Shown: piece after piece, positions 9,774 through 20,142 of the stretch
How positions within the stretch are numbered: position 1 is the stretch's first letter
How the letters are laid out: each line of letters opens with the position of its first letter
Notes under the pieces: generated by a model
The model's input: only the letters and a program-made list of their open reading frames with translations
The model's database searches: none
Told to the model about the DNA's origin: nothing
Program-made: the position numbers and the translations under genes
From: Spirochaetales bacterium
GTDB lineage: Bacteria; Spirochaetota; Spirochaetia; JABMQR01
Reading direction: 5' to 3'
NCBI GenBank assembly: GCA_023139255.1
Contig: JAGLNY010000069.1
Location: 1-32,988 of the forward strand
DNA length: 32,988 nt

Positions 9774-11209
9774 TGGCCACAGGATTAAGTGCTGTAATAA
9801 AAAGCCTTGTAATAGACCGCGGGGTTTCAGAGGAACTAATTCTGCAGACTATAGAAGATTTTCTTCTTGCTGCTTATAAAAGAAAATACGGTACTTCTGA
9901 GAATGCTGTAGTGAAATTTGATAATGATGGGGATGAAGTTACCCTTTATTCCAGGAAAATAATTGTAGATGAAGTTGAAGATGAAGTTATGGAACTTCCA
10001 CTTGACGAAGCTCTGCTGTTGAATGATGAATGTGAAATAGGTGATGAACTATTAATTGAGATAGATCCGAAAAGTTTTGATAGAATTGCGGTTCAAAGTG
10101 CTAAGCAAAAAGCAAAACAGACATTACGAGAGATTCAGAAGGATACATTATATTCTGAATTTAAAGGAAAAGAAGGTGAGATGGTCATCGGTTATTACCA
10201 ACGCGATAAAAACGGTGATATATTTATTGATCTTGGAAAAACAGAAGGAATTTTACCAAAGAGATTCCAATCACCGCGTGAAATTTATCGTAGAAATGAT
10301 AGAGTTAAAACTTTGATATATAACGTTGAAAAAAGCTCTTCCGGCTTACGTATTATTCTTTCACGAACTCATACTGATTTTGTAAAAAAACTATTTGATC
10401 TTGAGGTTCCCGAATTATATGATAACTCGATAGAAATATATAAAATTGTGCGTGAACCGGGGTATCGTACAAAATTGGCAGTCTACTCAAACCGGACTGA
10501 TATTGATCCTGTTGGAGCCTGTGTCGGTCTGAAGGGTATCCGTATTCAGACAATTGTCCGGGAACTTGAGGGAGAGAAGATCGATGTCTTAAAATATGAG
10601 ACTGACCCGACATTTTTTATTAAGAATGCACTATCTCCAGCTGAGGTAAAGCAGGTATATATTTTAGATGAAGCCAAACGTTCTGCGCTCGCTGTAGTTG
10701 CTGAAAATCAGCTGTCTTTAGCAATCGGGAAACAGGGTCTGAATGTTCGGCTTGCAAACAGATTGGCTGATTGGAATATAGATGTAAAAACAGAAGAACA
10801 ATTTCTTGAAATGGATATTGCTCAGGAGTCAAGACGTGGACTTGATGCACTTTTCTCTGATGAACCTGAAGACGAAATAATCAATATTGAGGATATACCG
10901 GATATTGATGAAAGAATTGTAAAAATTCTTGATGAAAATGAAATTGTAAGAATAGAAGATTATATAAATATGTCAACTGCTGAGCTTTCAGGGATTCCTG
11001 GATTATCAGAAAGTGATATAAAAACTATTAATGAAGCGATTAATGAATATGTAGATATAGTTGAAGAAGAATCTGATGCACTTGATGATGAATATGAAGA
11101 AACTTTTGAGTGCCCTGAATGTGGATATTCATTAACGGAAGATATGACATCTTGCCCAAACTGTGGTGTTGGGTTAAGTTTTGAAGAAGAAGTTGTTGAG
11201 GAAGATTAA
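9773..11209 (+). CDS. nusA: Transcription termination/antitermination factor NusA with C-terminal zinc ribbon
   Basis: S1 and KH motifs ([39 protein letters not shown]), plus C-terminal CPECG...CPNCG. Confidence 0.98.
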   Translation: MATGLSAVIKSLVIDRGVSEELILQTIEDFLLAAYKRKYGTSENAVVKFDNDGDEVTLYSRKIIVDEVEDEVMELPLDEALLLNDECEIGDELLIEIDPKSFDRIAVQSAKQKAKQTLREIQKDTLYSEFKGKEGEMVIGYYQRDKNGDIFIDLGKTEGILPKRFQSPREIYRRNDRVKTLIYNVEKSSSGLRIILSRTHTDFVKKLFDLEVPELYDNSIEIYKIVREPGYRTKLAVYSNRTDIDPVGACVGLKGIRIQTIVRELEGEKIDVLKYETDPTFFIKNALSPAEVKQVYILDEAKRSALAVVAENQLSLAIGKQGLNVRLANRLADWNIDVKTEEQFLEMDIAQESRRGLDALFSDEPEDEIINIEDIPDIDERIVKILDENEIVRIEDYINMSTAELSGIPGLSESDIKTINEAINEYVDIVEEESDALDDEYEETFECPECGYSLTEDMTSCPNCGVGLSFEEEVVEED

Positions 11210-11223
11210 GATCAGGAAGGAAA

Positions 11224-13737
11224 ATGGCTGAAGAAAACAAGGTGAATAAACCAAAAGCTACATTAATTAAACATCCCAGGAAAGCCCCGGAAGCAGCACC
11301 TGTAAAAACTGTTGATGAAAAAAAACCGGTTGAAAAAAAACGTGTTGTGGTTATTAAGAAAAAAGTTGTTGTCAAAAGACCAACAATTACTACTCCAGCC
11401 GAAGTTCCGGATGATGCAAAGAGTGAAAAAATAGCTTATGAGAAAACCCGGAAGGGGCAACCCTCTCAAAGTGAAAATGCTGAATTAAAGTCTCATTCTT
11501 CAGTTAAGACAAAAAAACCAGATAGGGTTTTACATGATAAAACTGGTCGTCAAAGTAAGTCCGGGGATCAGACAAAAAAGAAACCTGAACCTGTTAAATC
11601 TGATGTAAGAAGACGTACGGATTTTCGTTCAAACCAACCTCGTCCTGCTGGAATCAGAGTAGGAACATTACATGGAAAACCGGTTTCCAATTCTGATCGA
11701 CCTGGAAATTTTCGGGATCAGCGCGGGAGAACTCCTGCCAGACCTGGCCGTCCTCCAATTAGTTCTGGTAAAGGTGCCCCGGTTAGAAGAAGTGAACCTG
11801 GTCGATTTAACAGAAGCAGACCTGGAGGAGGAGAACCTTCTACCATCCAGGAAAACCAGAAAACAGTAAAAAAAGTATTTAAACCAAAAAATAAAAGACA
11901 AAGAGATTTTCAGAAAAAAAGAGAGGGATTAATAGAAAAAGATTTTCAGATAAAGAAAAAAACTATTAATAAAACCAATCCAATCCCTAAAAAAATAGAT
12001 ATGATGGAAGTTATTACTGTTTCTGAACTAGCCAAGAAAATGAACCTAAAAGCTTCAGAACTCATAGGAAAACTTATGAATATGGGAATGATGGTTACAA
12101 TTAATCAGCAAATCGACTCAGAAACAGCACAAATTCTCGCCAGTGAATATGGATGTGAGGTAAATGTCGTTTCTTTATATGAAGAGACATTAATTAAAAC
12201 AGAAGACGATGCTAATGCTGAACTAAAACACCGCCCGCCAATCGTTACAGTGATGGGACATGTTGACCATGGAAAGACTAAACTTCTCGATGCTATTCGT
12301 GAGACTGATGTTGTTTCAGATGAATTTGGTGGAATAACTCAGCATATTGGGGCTTATAAAGTTCAATACAACGATAATGATATTGTATTTCTTGATACAC
12401 CGGGTCATTCAGCTTTTACACTTATGAGAGCTCGCGGGGCTCAGGTTACTGACATTGTTATACTTGTAGTTGCTGCGAATGATGGTGTTATGCTGCAGAC
12501 AAAAGAGGCTATAGATCATGCTAAGGAGGCAGGTGTACCAATTATTGTAGCAATTAATAAAATTGATTTACCTGAGGCAAGTCCTGAGCGTGTAAAACAG
12601 CAGCTCTCGGAATATGATCTGTTACCGGAAGATTGGGGTGGGTCTACTCTCTATTGTGAAATTTCTGCTTTAAAGCGGCTCGGGATAGATGAATTACTTG
12701 ATATGATCTTGCTTCAAGCAGAAATGCTTGAACTTGATGCAAACTACGAATGCAGAGCCGAAGGAAAAATTATTGAATCGAAAGTTGATCATGGTCGGGG
12801 CATCGTATCTACAGTTATTATTCAGAGAGGAACTCTAAAAGTTGGTGATTCCTTTATAGCAGGGGTCTACTCAGGAAAAGTTCGAGCTTTGTTTAATGAC
12901 AAAGGACAAAAAATTGATGAGGCAACTCCTTCAACGCCTGTAGAAATACTTGGTTTCACAGGAATACCTAATGCAGGAGCTCCTTTCCAGGTAACTGAGA
13001 CAGAAAAAATTGCTCGTCAGATCGGGGCAAAAAGACAGGAATTAGAAAGACAGGGTGTGGCTAATAATGTGAAAAAAGTTACGCTTGATAATCTTTTCGA
13101 CTCAATACAGGAAGGAGAAATCCAGGAACTGAAAGTTATTATTAAGGGAGATGTACATGGTTCTGTGGAAGCCCTGCAGACTTCACTTGAGAAACTTTCT
13201 ACTTCTGAAGTACGTTTAGCAGCCATCAGGGCTTCTGCCGGAGCAATTATTGAAGATGATATCAATCTTGCATCAGCCTCAAATGCTATTATAATTGGTT
13301 TCAATGTTCGACCAACACCAAAAGCAAAATTACTTGCTGACAGGGAAAAGATTGATATTCGTAAATACAATATTATTTATGATGCAGTAGATGATATGAA
13401 ATTAGCAATGGAAGGACTTCTTGCTCCTGATATCAAAGAGGAGATAATTGGTAAAGTAGAAGTACGTGAAACTTTTAAAGTTCCTAAAATCGGTCTTATT
13501 GCAGGATGTTTTGTCCTTGAAGGAAAAGTTCAGAGAAATGCCTCAATTCATGTAATTCGGGATAGTGTGGAACAGTATACTGGTAAAGTTACTTCTTTAA
13601 AAAGATTTAAAGATGATGCCAGAGAAGTTCTTGAAGGATTTGAGTGTGGTTTAAGTGTTGATAGTTATCAAGACATAAAAGTTGGAGATATCCTTGAAGT
13701 ATTTCAGATTATTGAAATTGCAAAAAAACTAACTTAA
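11224..13737 (+). CDS. infB: Translation initiation factor IF-2
   Basis: Motifs [35 protein letters not shown] and SLKRFKDD...ECG. Long K/R/P-rich N-terminus. Confidence 0.99.
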   Translation: MAEENKVNKPKATLIKHPRKAPEAAPVKTVDEKKPVEKKRVVVIKKKVVVKRPTITTPAEVPDDAKSEKIAYEKTRKGQPSQSENAELKSHSSVKTKKPDRVLHDKTGRQSKSGDQTKKKPEPVKSDVRRRTDFRSNQPRPAGIRVGTLHGKPVSNSDRPGNFRDQRGRTPARPGRPPISSGKGAPVRRSEPGRFNRSRPGGGEPSTIQENQKTVKKVFKPKNKRQRDFQKKREGLIEKDFQIKKKTINKTNPIPKKIDMMEVITVSELAKKMNLKASELIGKLMNMGMMVTINQQIDSETAQILASEYGCEVNVVSLYEETLIKTEDDANAELKHRPPIVTVMGHVDHGKTKLLDAIRETDVVSDEFGGITQHIGAYKVQYNDNDIVFLDTPGHSAFTLMRARGAQVTDIVILVVAANDGVMLQTKEAIDHAKEAGVPIIVAINKIDLPEASPERVKQQLSEYDLLPEDWGGSTLYCEISALKRLGIDELLDMILLQAEMLELDANYECRAEGKIIESKVDHGRGIVSTVIIQRGTLKVGDSFIAGVYSGKVRALFNDKGQKIDEATPSTPVEILGFTGIPNAGAPFQVTETEKIARQIGAKRQELERQGVANNVKKVTLDNLFDSIQEGEIQELKVIIKGDVHGSVEALQTSLEKLSTSEVRLAAIRASAGAIIEDDINLASASNAIIIGFNVRPTPKAKLLADREKIDIRKYNIIYDAVDDMKLAMEGLLAPDIKEEIIGKVEVRETFKVPKIGLIAGCFVLEGKVQRNASIHVIRDSVEQYTGKVTSLKRFKDDAREVLEGFECGLSVDSYQDIKVGDILEVFQIIEIAKKLT

Positions 13738-13738
13738 T

Positions 13739-14095
13739 ATGAGTGAATTTACAAGAAACCGTTTAGAATCAAAATTATTAGGAGCTATTAGTACTATCAT
13801 CACAAGAGGAGATGTTAAAAATCCTGGGCTTAGCAGATTAGTCTCGATAAGCAGCCTTTCGATTTCACCTGATTTTTCACATGCAAGAGTAAACATAACT
13901 TCTTTTGAGGATGAAAATTCACTTCGCCAATCAGTTAATGCTCTTAATAGCGCTTCAAGCTATATTCAGTCGAGGATTTCAAAACTGATAAAAACAAGAA
14001 ATACTCCTAAATTAACATTCTATGTGGATACATCAATACGTGATGGGATGAAAATTAATAATATTATTGATAACATATATGATAATGAAAAATAA
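13739..14095 (+). CDS. rbfA: Ribosome-binding factor A
   Basis: Motifs VKNPGL, SPDFSHARV and RNTPKLTFYVDTS. Follows infB. Confidence 0.93.
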   Translation: MSEFTRNRLESKLLGAISTIITRGDVKNPGLSRLVSISSLSISPDFSHARVNITSFEDENSLRQSVNALNSASSYIQSRISKLIKTRNTPKLTFYVDTSIRDGMKINNIIDNIYDNEK

Positions 14096-14981
14096 TGGCA
14101 TACTTTTATATGACAAATCTTCTGGTGTAACGTCTTTTGGTGCGCTTTATCCTATTAAAAAACTGTTTCAAGTAAAAATCGGGCATGCAGGAACTCTGGA
14201 TAAATTTGCTGAAGGCCTTTTAATTGTTTTGCTGGGTAAATACACTAAATTAAATACTATCTTCAGTGGGTTAGATAAAGTGTATGAAGCAGTATTTTAT
14301 ATGGGTATTGAGACTGATACGCTTGATCCGGAAGGCTCTGAAGTTAAAAATTGTGAGTTGCCTACAATCAAGACAATGGAATCAACTTTAAAGAGTTTTA
14401 TTGGAAAGCTTCAGCAAGTCCCGCCAGCATACTCTGCAATTCATGTAAATGGGAAAAGAGCGTATCAGGAAATCCGTAACGGACGGATACCGAAATTAAA
14501 GCAAAGGGAAGTTATGGTATATGATTTTTCTATTATTAGCTGGATACCCCCTTACTTACATGTGCGGATTCACTGCTCTAAAGGAACTTATGTAAGAGCT
14601 CTTGCAAGAGATTTTGCCTATGCCTGTGGCTCAGCGGCTTATGTATGCAAATTAACAAGAACATCAATTGGTCCTTTCAAACTTATGGATGCGACGAATG
14701 AATCTCAATTAGCGGAAAAAGATATTCTCCATGGTTGTGATTTCTTTAAGAAATTATCAGGATTTCATATGGTTGAACCAACTCAAAAAGAACTGGATCG
14801 CCTGAAATATGGAGCATTGCCTGAAACGATGATTCTCCACAATGAGGAAGAAATTGAACCACAATATTGTGTTTTTATTGATAAAGAGGGAAAAGTTTCC
14901 GGAGTTTCTACACTTAAATATGTTAATTCGTATTTAACGCCTGACAAGTTTTTGTTTTCTGTTACTGAAAATGACAAGTGA
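14085..14981 (+). CDS. truB: tRNA pseudouridine(55) synthase TruB
   Basis: Motifs KIGHAGTLD (catalytic Asp), QVPPAYSAIHVNGKRAY and CSKGTYVRALARD. The ATG at 14085 (MKNNGILL) is preferred over the track's start at 14067. Confidence 0.96.
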   Translation: MKNNGILLYDKSSGVTSFGALYPIKKLFQVKIGHAGTLDKFAEGLLIVLLGKYTKLNTIFSGLDKVYEAVFYMGIETDTLDPEGSEVKNCELPTIKTMESTLKSFIGKLQQVPPAYSAIHVNGKRAYQEIRNGRIPKLKQREVMVYDFSIISWIPPYLHVRIHCSKGTYVRALARDFAYACGSAAYVCKLTRTSIGPFKLMDATNESQLAEKDILHGCDFFKKLSGFHMVEPTQKELDRLKYGALPETMILHNEEEIEPQYCVFIDKEGKVSGVSTLKYVNSYLTPDKFLFSVTENDK

Positions 14982-15789
14982 GAGTTTTATGAAAATACTT
15001 GATTTTGAAATGTTGAAAAATGCTTATTTATCTTCTGATAGAAAAGCAGCTGTGACTATTGGTGTGTTTGATGGTATACATAAAGGTCACATAAAACTTT
15101 TTCACGAAGTAACCAGAGATCCCGGTCTGGAGTCATTTGTGATAACTTTTTTTACAAATCCTAAAAAGATTCTTCGACCTGATTCCTTTCATGGATGTAT
15201 TTTGACACAGAAGCAGAAATTGGAACATTTAGAGGCCTACGGGATAGATAATGTTATTTTCATTGACTTTTCCTCTGATTTTAGTAAACTACGAGGAGAT
15301 GAATTCTTTAAATATATTTCTTCCAATATTGCAATTGCAAAACTAATTATTGGAAGTAATTTTAGATGCGGAATTAATGCATCATTTACTGCAGCAATGA
15401 TTCAGGCCTTTTTTTTAGGTACTGATACGGAAACTGTTATTGTTGATCAGCTTGTAAGTGATAGCAGAATTAGGATAAGCAGCTCCTATATAAGACAATT
15501 GATTATTCACGGAGAAATGAAGGAGGCTGCTGATTTATTAGACAGAACCTATTCGCTTGATTTTTCTTCAAGCAAGTTGAAGCAATGTGATAAGGTTATT
15601 ATTATACAGAAGACTGAAATTATACAGCTGCTGCCGCCACCGGGGTTGTATGATGTATTGGTAAAGGATGAATCATCAATTATTAATGGAAAATTGAAAA
15701 TAGATGAATCAAAAATAACTATTAGACTTGAAAAAGTGTATGGTGATCTTAAGAATCAGGAAATTATGATTATTGAAAAAATTGATTGA
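14971..15789 (+). CDS. ribF: RibF-like FAD synthetase (FMN adenylyltransferase) with degenerate riboflavin kinase domain
   Basis: Adenylyltransferase motifs TIGVFDGIHKGH, GSNFRCG and ISSSYIR are present. The C-terminal part is short and lacks the PTAN motif. An alternative start is the ATG at 14989. Confidence 0.85.
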   Translation: MTSESFMKILDFEMLKNAYLSSDRKAAVTIGVFDGIHKGHIKLFHEVTRDPGLESFVITFFTNPKKILRPDSFHGCILTQKQKLEHLEAYGIDNVIFIDFSSDFSKLRGDEFFKYISSNIAIAKLIIGSNFRCGINASFTAAMIQAFFLGTDTETVIVDQLVSDSRIRISSSYIRQLIIHGEMKEAADLLDRTYSLDFSSSKLKQCDKVIIIQKTEIIQLLPPPGLYDVLVKDESSIINGKLKIDESKITIRLEKVYGDLKNQEIMIIEKID

Positions 15790-15810
15790 GGGTAAGGAGA
15801 TATAGCTCAA

Positions 15811-16080
15811 ATGGCTTTTACTAAGGAAAAAAAACAGGAAATTATTAACGAATTCGGTGCAAATGCACAGGATACAGGATCCACAGAAGTACAAATAGCT
15901 CTTATAACAGCCCGGATCGGGGAATTAACAGAGCATTTTAAAGTAAATAAAAAAGATCATGCAAGTAGGCGTGGACTACTCAAAATGGTAGGGCAGCGAA
16001 GAAGACTGCTGCGATACCTTAAAAATACTGAAATTGATAAATACCGGGAACTTCTTGTCAAGTTAAACTTGAGAAAGTAA
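15811..16080 (+). CDS. rpsO: 30S ribosomal protein S15
   Basis: 89 aa, with [13 protein letters not shown] and [20 protein letters not shown]. An upstream SD (AAGGAG) is present. Confidence 0.99.
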   Translation: MAFTKEKKQEIINEFGANAQDTGSTEVQIALITARIGELTEHFKVNKKDHASRRGLLKMVGQRRRLLRYLKNTEIDKYRELLVKLNLRK

Positions 16081-16096
16081 CAGGTAAAAAAGAAAA

Positions 16097-16161
16097 TGAG
16101 ATTGCCAAATGATCTGCCGCTTTTCTTGAAAGCGGCTGTATTATGTATTCAGCACATCTCG
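16097..16161 (+). promoter_or_regulatory. Extended stem-loop in the rpsO-pnp spacer
   Basis: Inner stem GCCGCTTT (16116-16123) pairs with AAAGCGGC (16129-16136). Outer stem TGAGATTGC (16097-16105) pairs with GCAcATCTCG (16152-16161). No U-tract follows. Confidence 0.6.
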
Positions 16162-16179
16162 GAAAAAGGAAATAAATAG

Positions 16180-18279
16180 ATGATACAAAAAGTAACGGTA
16201 AGAATAGGTAAAGAAGACCTTATTCTTGAAACAGGAAGAATGGCAAAACAAGCTAATGGTGCTGTGTTTGCTTCATACGGCGGCAGTTCCGTACTAGCAA
16301 CTGCATGCTGCGGCAGCAGTAAAGTAGAGGGACTGGATTATGTACCTCTGCAGGTTGAATATAATGAGAAATATTATGCAGCAGGAAAGATCCCTGGCGG
16401 ATTTCTAAAAAGAGAAGGAAGACCTAAAGACAAGGAAATTCTTGTCTGCAGATTGATTGACAGACCAATGAGACCTCTTTTCGATAAAGCTTTTGGCAGA
16501 GAGATACAGGTAGTTCCGACGGTTGTTTCTACAGACCAGATAAATCCTCCTGATATGGTAGCAATGGTTGCAGCTTTTACCTCTGTTGCAATCTCGGACA
16601 TACCTTTTGATGGTCCTGTCGGGGCTGTAAGGATTTGTTCACTTGATGGTGAGTATATAATTAACCCAACTTTTGATGAGATATCAAGAAGCAGTCTTGA
16701 AATAATTGTCTCCGGAACTAAAGATGGTATTACAATGGTTGAAGGTGGGGCTCTTCAGGTGAGTGAAGATGTATTACTTGGAGCAATTGAAACTGCACAG
16801 CCGGTTATAGCTGAAATATGTAACGCGCAGGAAGAATTTGCTAAATTAGTCGGTCTCGAAAAATTACCAATAATCGAAATTGAAGAAGATCATTCATTCC
16901 TGGACCCGATAAAAGAATATGCATTCCCGTTGCTGCAGGAAGCTTGTTTTGTAAAAGGAAAACATTATAGATACTCTGCTATCAAAAAAGTTAAAAGTGA
17001 TACACAGGAAAAATTTTCTGATTTTATTCAGGATGAAAACCAGAAGAAAGTAGATCAGCTTTTCGAGGATATGGAATACGAAATAGTCCGATCATCAATA
17101 CTGGATAAAGGTATCCGTACAGATGGACGTGGAGCGGAAGATATTAGAGCTATAACATGTGATATTAATGTTTTACCAAGAACCCATGGTAGTGCATTGT
17201 TTACACGTGGTGAAACTCAGAGTCTTGCAGTAACTACCTTGGGTACAGTATATGATGAACAAATGCACGATAATATTGATGGTGAAAAAAGTTATTCACA
17301 CTTTATGCTGCATTATAATTTCCCGCCATTCTCTGTAGGTGAGTGTGGGAGAATGGGAACCGGCAGAAGAGAGATTGGGCATGGGCATCTTGCAATGAGA
17401 GCTTTACAATCTGTACTTCCTGAAAAAGATAAGTTCCCTTATACTATTCGATTAGTATCTGAGATACTTGAATCAAATGGGTCTTCTTCAATGGCTTCAG
17501 TTTGTGGTGGTTCATTATCATTACTTTCAGCTGGTGTTAAACTTGAGAAACCAGTTGCGGGAATTGCAATGGGTTTAATTTCTTCTGAAGATAAAGCAGT
17601 AGTACTAAGTGATATTCTAGGTGAAGAAGATCATCTCGGAGACATGGATTTTAAGGTTACTGGTACTGAAGATGGAATTACTGCCTTCCAAATGGATATT
17701 AAAATTGCAAATGTAAGTAGAGAACTTATGGGTAAGGCTCTGGAACAGGCAAGAAAAGGTAGGTTACATATCCTTGATATTATGAATAAGGTTATTAATA
17801 AACCAAATGATGAACTATCTGAGTATGCCCCCAGAATTGAGACAATGAGTATTGATGAAGAAAAAATTGGTGCAGTAATTGGACCTGGTGGAAAAACCAT
17901 TAAGAGCATTGCGGCAAGGACTTCAGCAGAAGTAAATATAGACAATGATGGTAAAGTTACAGTGTATGGGAAAGATTCAAAATCTGCAATGAGTGCAATT
18001 GACTTAATAAAATCTATTATTGAGGAACCGGAAGTAGGAAGGATATATAACGGTACCGTTAAGAAAATAATGGATTTTGGTGCATTTATTGAGATTTTAC
18101 CTGGTAAAGAAGGTTTATGTCATATATCCAAGATGGCTAAAAAAAGAGTCAATGATGTAAATGATATATTAAAAGTTAATCAGGAAATACCAGTGAAATT
18201 ACTTGAAATAGATCGAATGGGTAGACTTAATTTAAGTTATATTGATGCTCTTATAAAATTAGGAAAAGATACAGAATAA
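16180..18279 (+). CDS. pnp: Polyribonucleotide nucleotidyltransferase (PNPase)
   Basis: Motifs [45 protein letters not shown] and DHLGDMDFK, followed by KH and S1 domains. Confidence 0.99.
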   Translation: MIQKVTVRIGKEDLILETGRMAKQANGAVFASYGGSSVLATACCGSSKVEGLDYVPLQVEYNEKYYAAGKIPGGFLKREGRPKDKEILVCRLIDRPMRPLFDKAFGREIQVVPTVVSTDQINPPDMVAMVAAFTSVAISDIPFDGPVGAVRICSLDGEYIINPTFDEISRSSLEIIVSGTKDGITMVEGGALQVSEDVLLGAIETAQPVIAEICNAQEEFAKLVGLEKLPIIEIEEDHSFLDPIKEYAFPLLQEACFVKGKHYRYSAIKKVKSDTQEKFSDFIQDENQKKVDQLFEDMEYEIVRSSILDKGIRTDGRGAEDIRAITCDINVLPRTHGSALFTRGETQSLAVTTLGTVYDEQMHDNIDGEKSYSHFMLHYNFPPFSVGECGRMGTGRREIGHGHLAMRALQSVLPEKDKFPYTIRLVSEILESNGSSSMASVCGGSLSLLSAGVKLEKPVAGIAMGLISSEDKAVVLSDILGEEDHLGDMDFKVTGTEDGITAFQMDIKIANVSRELMGKALEQARKGRLHILDIMNKVINKPNDELSEYAPRIETMSIDEEKIGAVIGPGGKTIKSIAARTSAEVNIDNDGKVTVYGKDSKSAMSAIDLIKSIIEEPEVGRIYNGTVKKIMDFGAFIEILPGKEGLCHISKMAKKRVNDVNDILKVNQEIPVKLLEIDRMGRLNLSYIDALIKLGKDTE

Positions 18280-18325
18280 ATATATATTTATAGTTACTCA
18301 TTTTGGTAGATCTTTAAAAATTAAT

Positions 18326-18362
18326 AGCACTGGTGTAGAAATATATCGGTGCTCTATTATTT
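18326..18362 (+). terminator. Probable intrinsic terminator downstream of pnp
   Basis: AGCACTGGTGTA-GAAA-TATATCGGTGCT is a 12-bp stem with three G-U pairs and a GNRA loop, followed by an imperfect U-rich tail (ctattattt). Confidence 0.6.
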
Positions 18363-18403
18363 AATTGTTAACAGAAGGAGATGGGGTAGCCCCTGTGTAG
18401 AAT

Positions 18404-18868
18404 ATGGGAAACAAACTTAACGATTTTTCCGGGGGAATTAATATAACTTTAGATCCAGGGGCTATTATGCCTTCCTATGCTACTGAAGACTCATCAGGAG
18501 CTGATATTTGCGCGTATCTTCCTGATTCTACATATTATATTTTAGAGCCTGGTGCATTTGCTTTAATCCCAACAGGTATCAGGATGGAAATCAGTCCAGG
18601 TTTTGAGGTCCAAATACGGCCAAGATCGGGGTTGGCAGCGAAAAGTGGTATAACAGTCCTAAATACTCCAGGAACAATTGATGCGGATTATAGGGGAGAA
18701 GTTAAGGTTATACTTATTAACCATAGCGAAATATCGTATACTATAGAACATGGTTCAAGAATTGCGCAAATGGTATTTGCTGAAGTGAGGAAAGCTGAAT
18801 TTCAGCTAACACATAAATTAAATATAACAAGACGTGGGGAAGGAGGTTTCGGGTCTACCGGAACATAG
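18404..18868 (+). CDS. dut: Trimeric dUTP diphosphatase
   Basis: Motifs GADI, RPRSG, GTIDADYRGE, RIAQ and RGEGGFGSTG. Confidence 0.98.
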   Translation: MGNKLNDFSGGINITLDPGAIMPSYATEDSSGADICAYLPDSTYYILEPGAFALIPTGIRMEISPGFEVQIRPRSGLAAKSGITVLNTPGTIDADYRGEVKVILINHSEISYTIEHGSRIAQMVFAEVRKAEFQLTHKLNITRRGEGGFGSTGT

Positions 18869-18873
18869 AAAAT

Positions 18874-20142
18874 ATGAATGGAAAGCATAGATATACTACT
18901 CTATACGTATATATATCAAAAGAGTATATATTTACTTTCTTCGTATCATTTTTTTTCTTTTTTTCAATATTCTTCATAAATCAACTTTTAGTTGTCGCAA
19001 AAAATGTACTAATTGCAAATGTAAATATAATAGATGTTTTTCGAATAATTCTTTATTCAATCCCTGTTATTTTATCTTTTACTTTCCCTTTTGCTTCATT
19101 AACCGGGGCAGCGATGACAATTGGGCAGCTTGCTTCGCAAAACGAATTATTAGCACTGAGAGCAAGCGGGATTTCTTTCAAGCGTATATTTACTCCAGTA
19201 ATAATAATAAGTATACTTTTTTCTTTTTGCTCCTTTATGTTAAACGATATATTCCAACCACTTGGCACTATAAAATACAAAGAACTTTATAGAGAATTGT
19301 TATACCGGAACCCGAATCTTGAATTAAATTCTCATTCTGTAACGCAATTTGGAAATACATTTTTTATAACTGGTGATGTAAAAAATAACGAAGTTAATAA
19401 TCTAATGATTCTTGAACAATCTTCTTTAGGTTTGTCTGTAATATCTTCAAAGGCAGCAAGTTTTTCTGAAGCTGAGAAGAGTTCCGATTTAATTACCATC
19501 AAACTGGATTCTGTTGAGGGATTTTCTCCAAGAAGCAAAGCAGTAGGAGATTATGATTATTTTATCTCGGAACATATGGAATATAATATTCTTTTAAATG
19601 TAGTAAGTTTTAATTTTATGGGTGTGACCCCCAATGATATGAGTATTCGTGATTTATTATCTGAAATAAAAAAACTGAAGATAAATCAAACTGCAACTGA
19701 GTTACAGTCATATAAAAGGATTACTGAGTACAAATATTTGACTTATCTGAATTATTATCAAGATTTTTCAGAACGCCGGGATTATGAACCCTCGAATACT
19801 TATAATTCATGGTTAAACTATCTTGCTTCAATTAATTCAGATTTAAGGAATAAAAAGCTTCAATATTATCAAATTGAATTGTATAAAAAGACTGCTCTAC
19901 CTGTTGCATGTGCCGCACTGGTTTTTTTTGCATTTCCATTATCAGCTTTCCGTTTAAAGAATGGAAGGCTTGTAGGGTTTGGGGTAGGAATAATTGCTGC
20001 TACATTTTACTGGTTTATGCTATTTGCGGGGCAATCACTTGGTACAAGAACTTTTTATTCCCCCATACTGCTCATGTGGCTGCCTAACTTGATTTATATA
20101 GGGATTGGATTGTTTCTATTTTCTATCAGGAGTAAAAGGTGA
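18874..20142 (+). CDS. lptF: LptF/LptG (YjgP/YjgQ) family permease, LptF-like
   Basis: Three TM helices, a periplasmic domain and three more TM helices. Contains NELLALRASGISFKRI and is the first of a tandem pair. The F versus G assignment rests on gene order only. Confidence 0.85.
   Translation: MNGKHRYTTLYVYISKEYIFTFFVSFFFFFSIFFINQLLVVAKNVLIANVNIIDVFRIILYSIPVILSFTFPFASLTGAAMTIGQLASQNELLALRASGISFKRIFTPVIIISILFSFCSFMLNDIFQPLGTIKYKELYRELLYRNPNLELNSHSVTQFGNTFFITGDVKNNEVNNLMILEQSSLGLSVISSKAASFSEAEKSSDLITIKLDSVEGFSPRSKAVGDYDYFISEHMEYNILLNVVSFNFMGVTPNDMSIRDLLSEIKKLKINQTATELQSYKRITEYKYLTYLNYYQDFSERRDYEPSNTYNSWLNYLASINSDLRNKKLQYYQIELYKKTALPVACAALVFFAFPLSAFRLKNGRLVGFGVGIIAATFYWFMLFAGQSLGTRTFYSPILLMWLPNLIYIGIGLFLFSIRSKR

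Noticed and set aside
11224-11990. Low-complexity K/R/P/G-rich N-terminus of IF2 as a novel repeat domain
   Set aside because: A variable, disordered N-terminal region is ordinary for IF2, and there is no regular DNA-level repeat.
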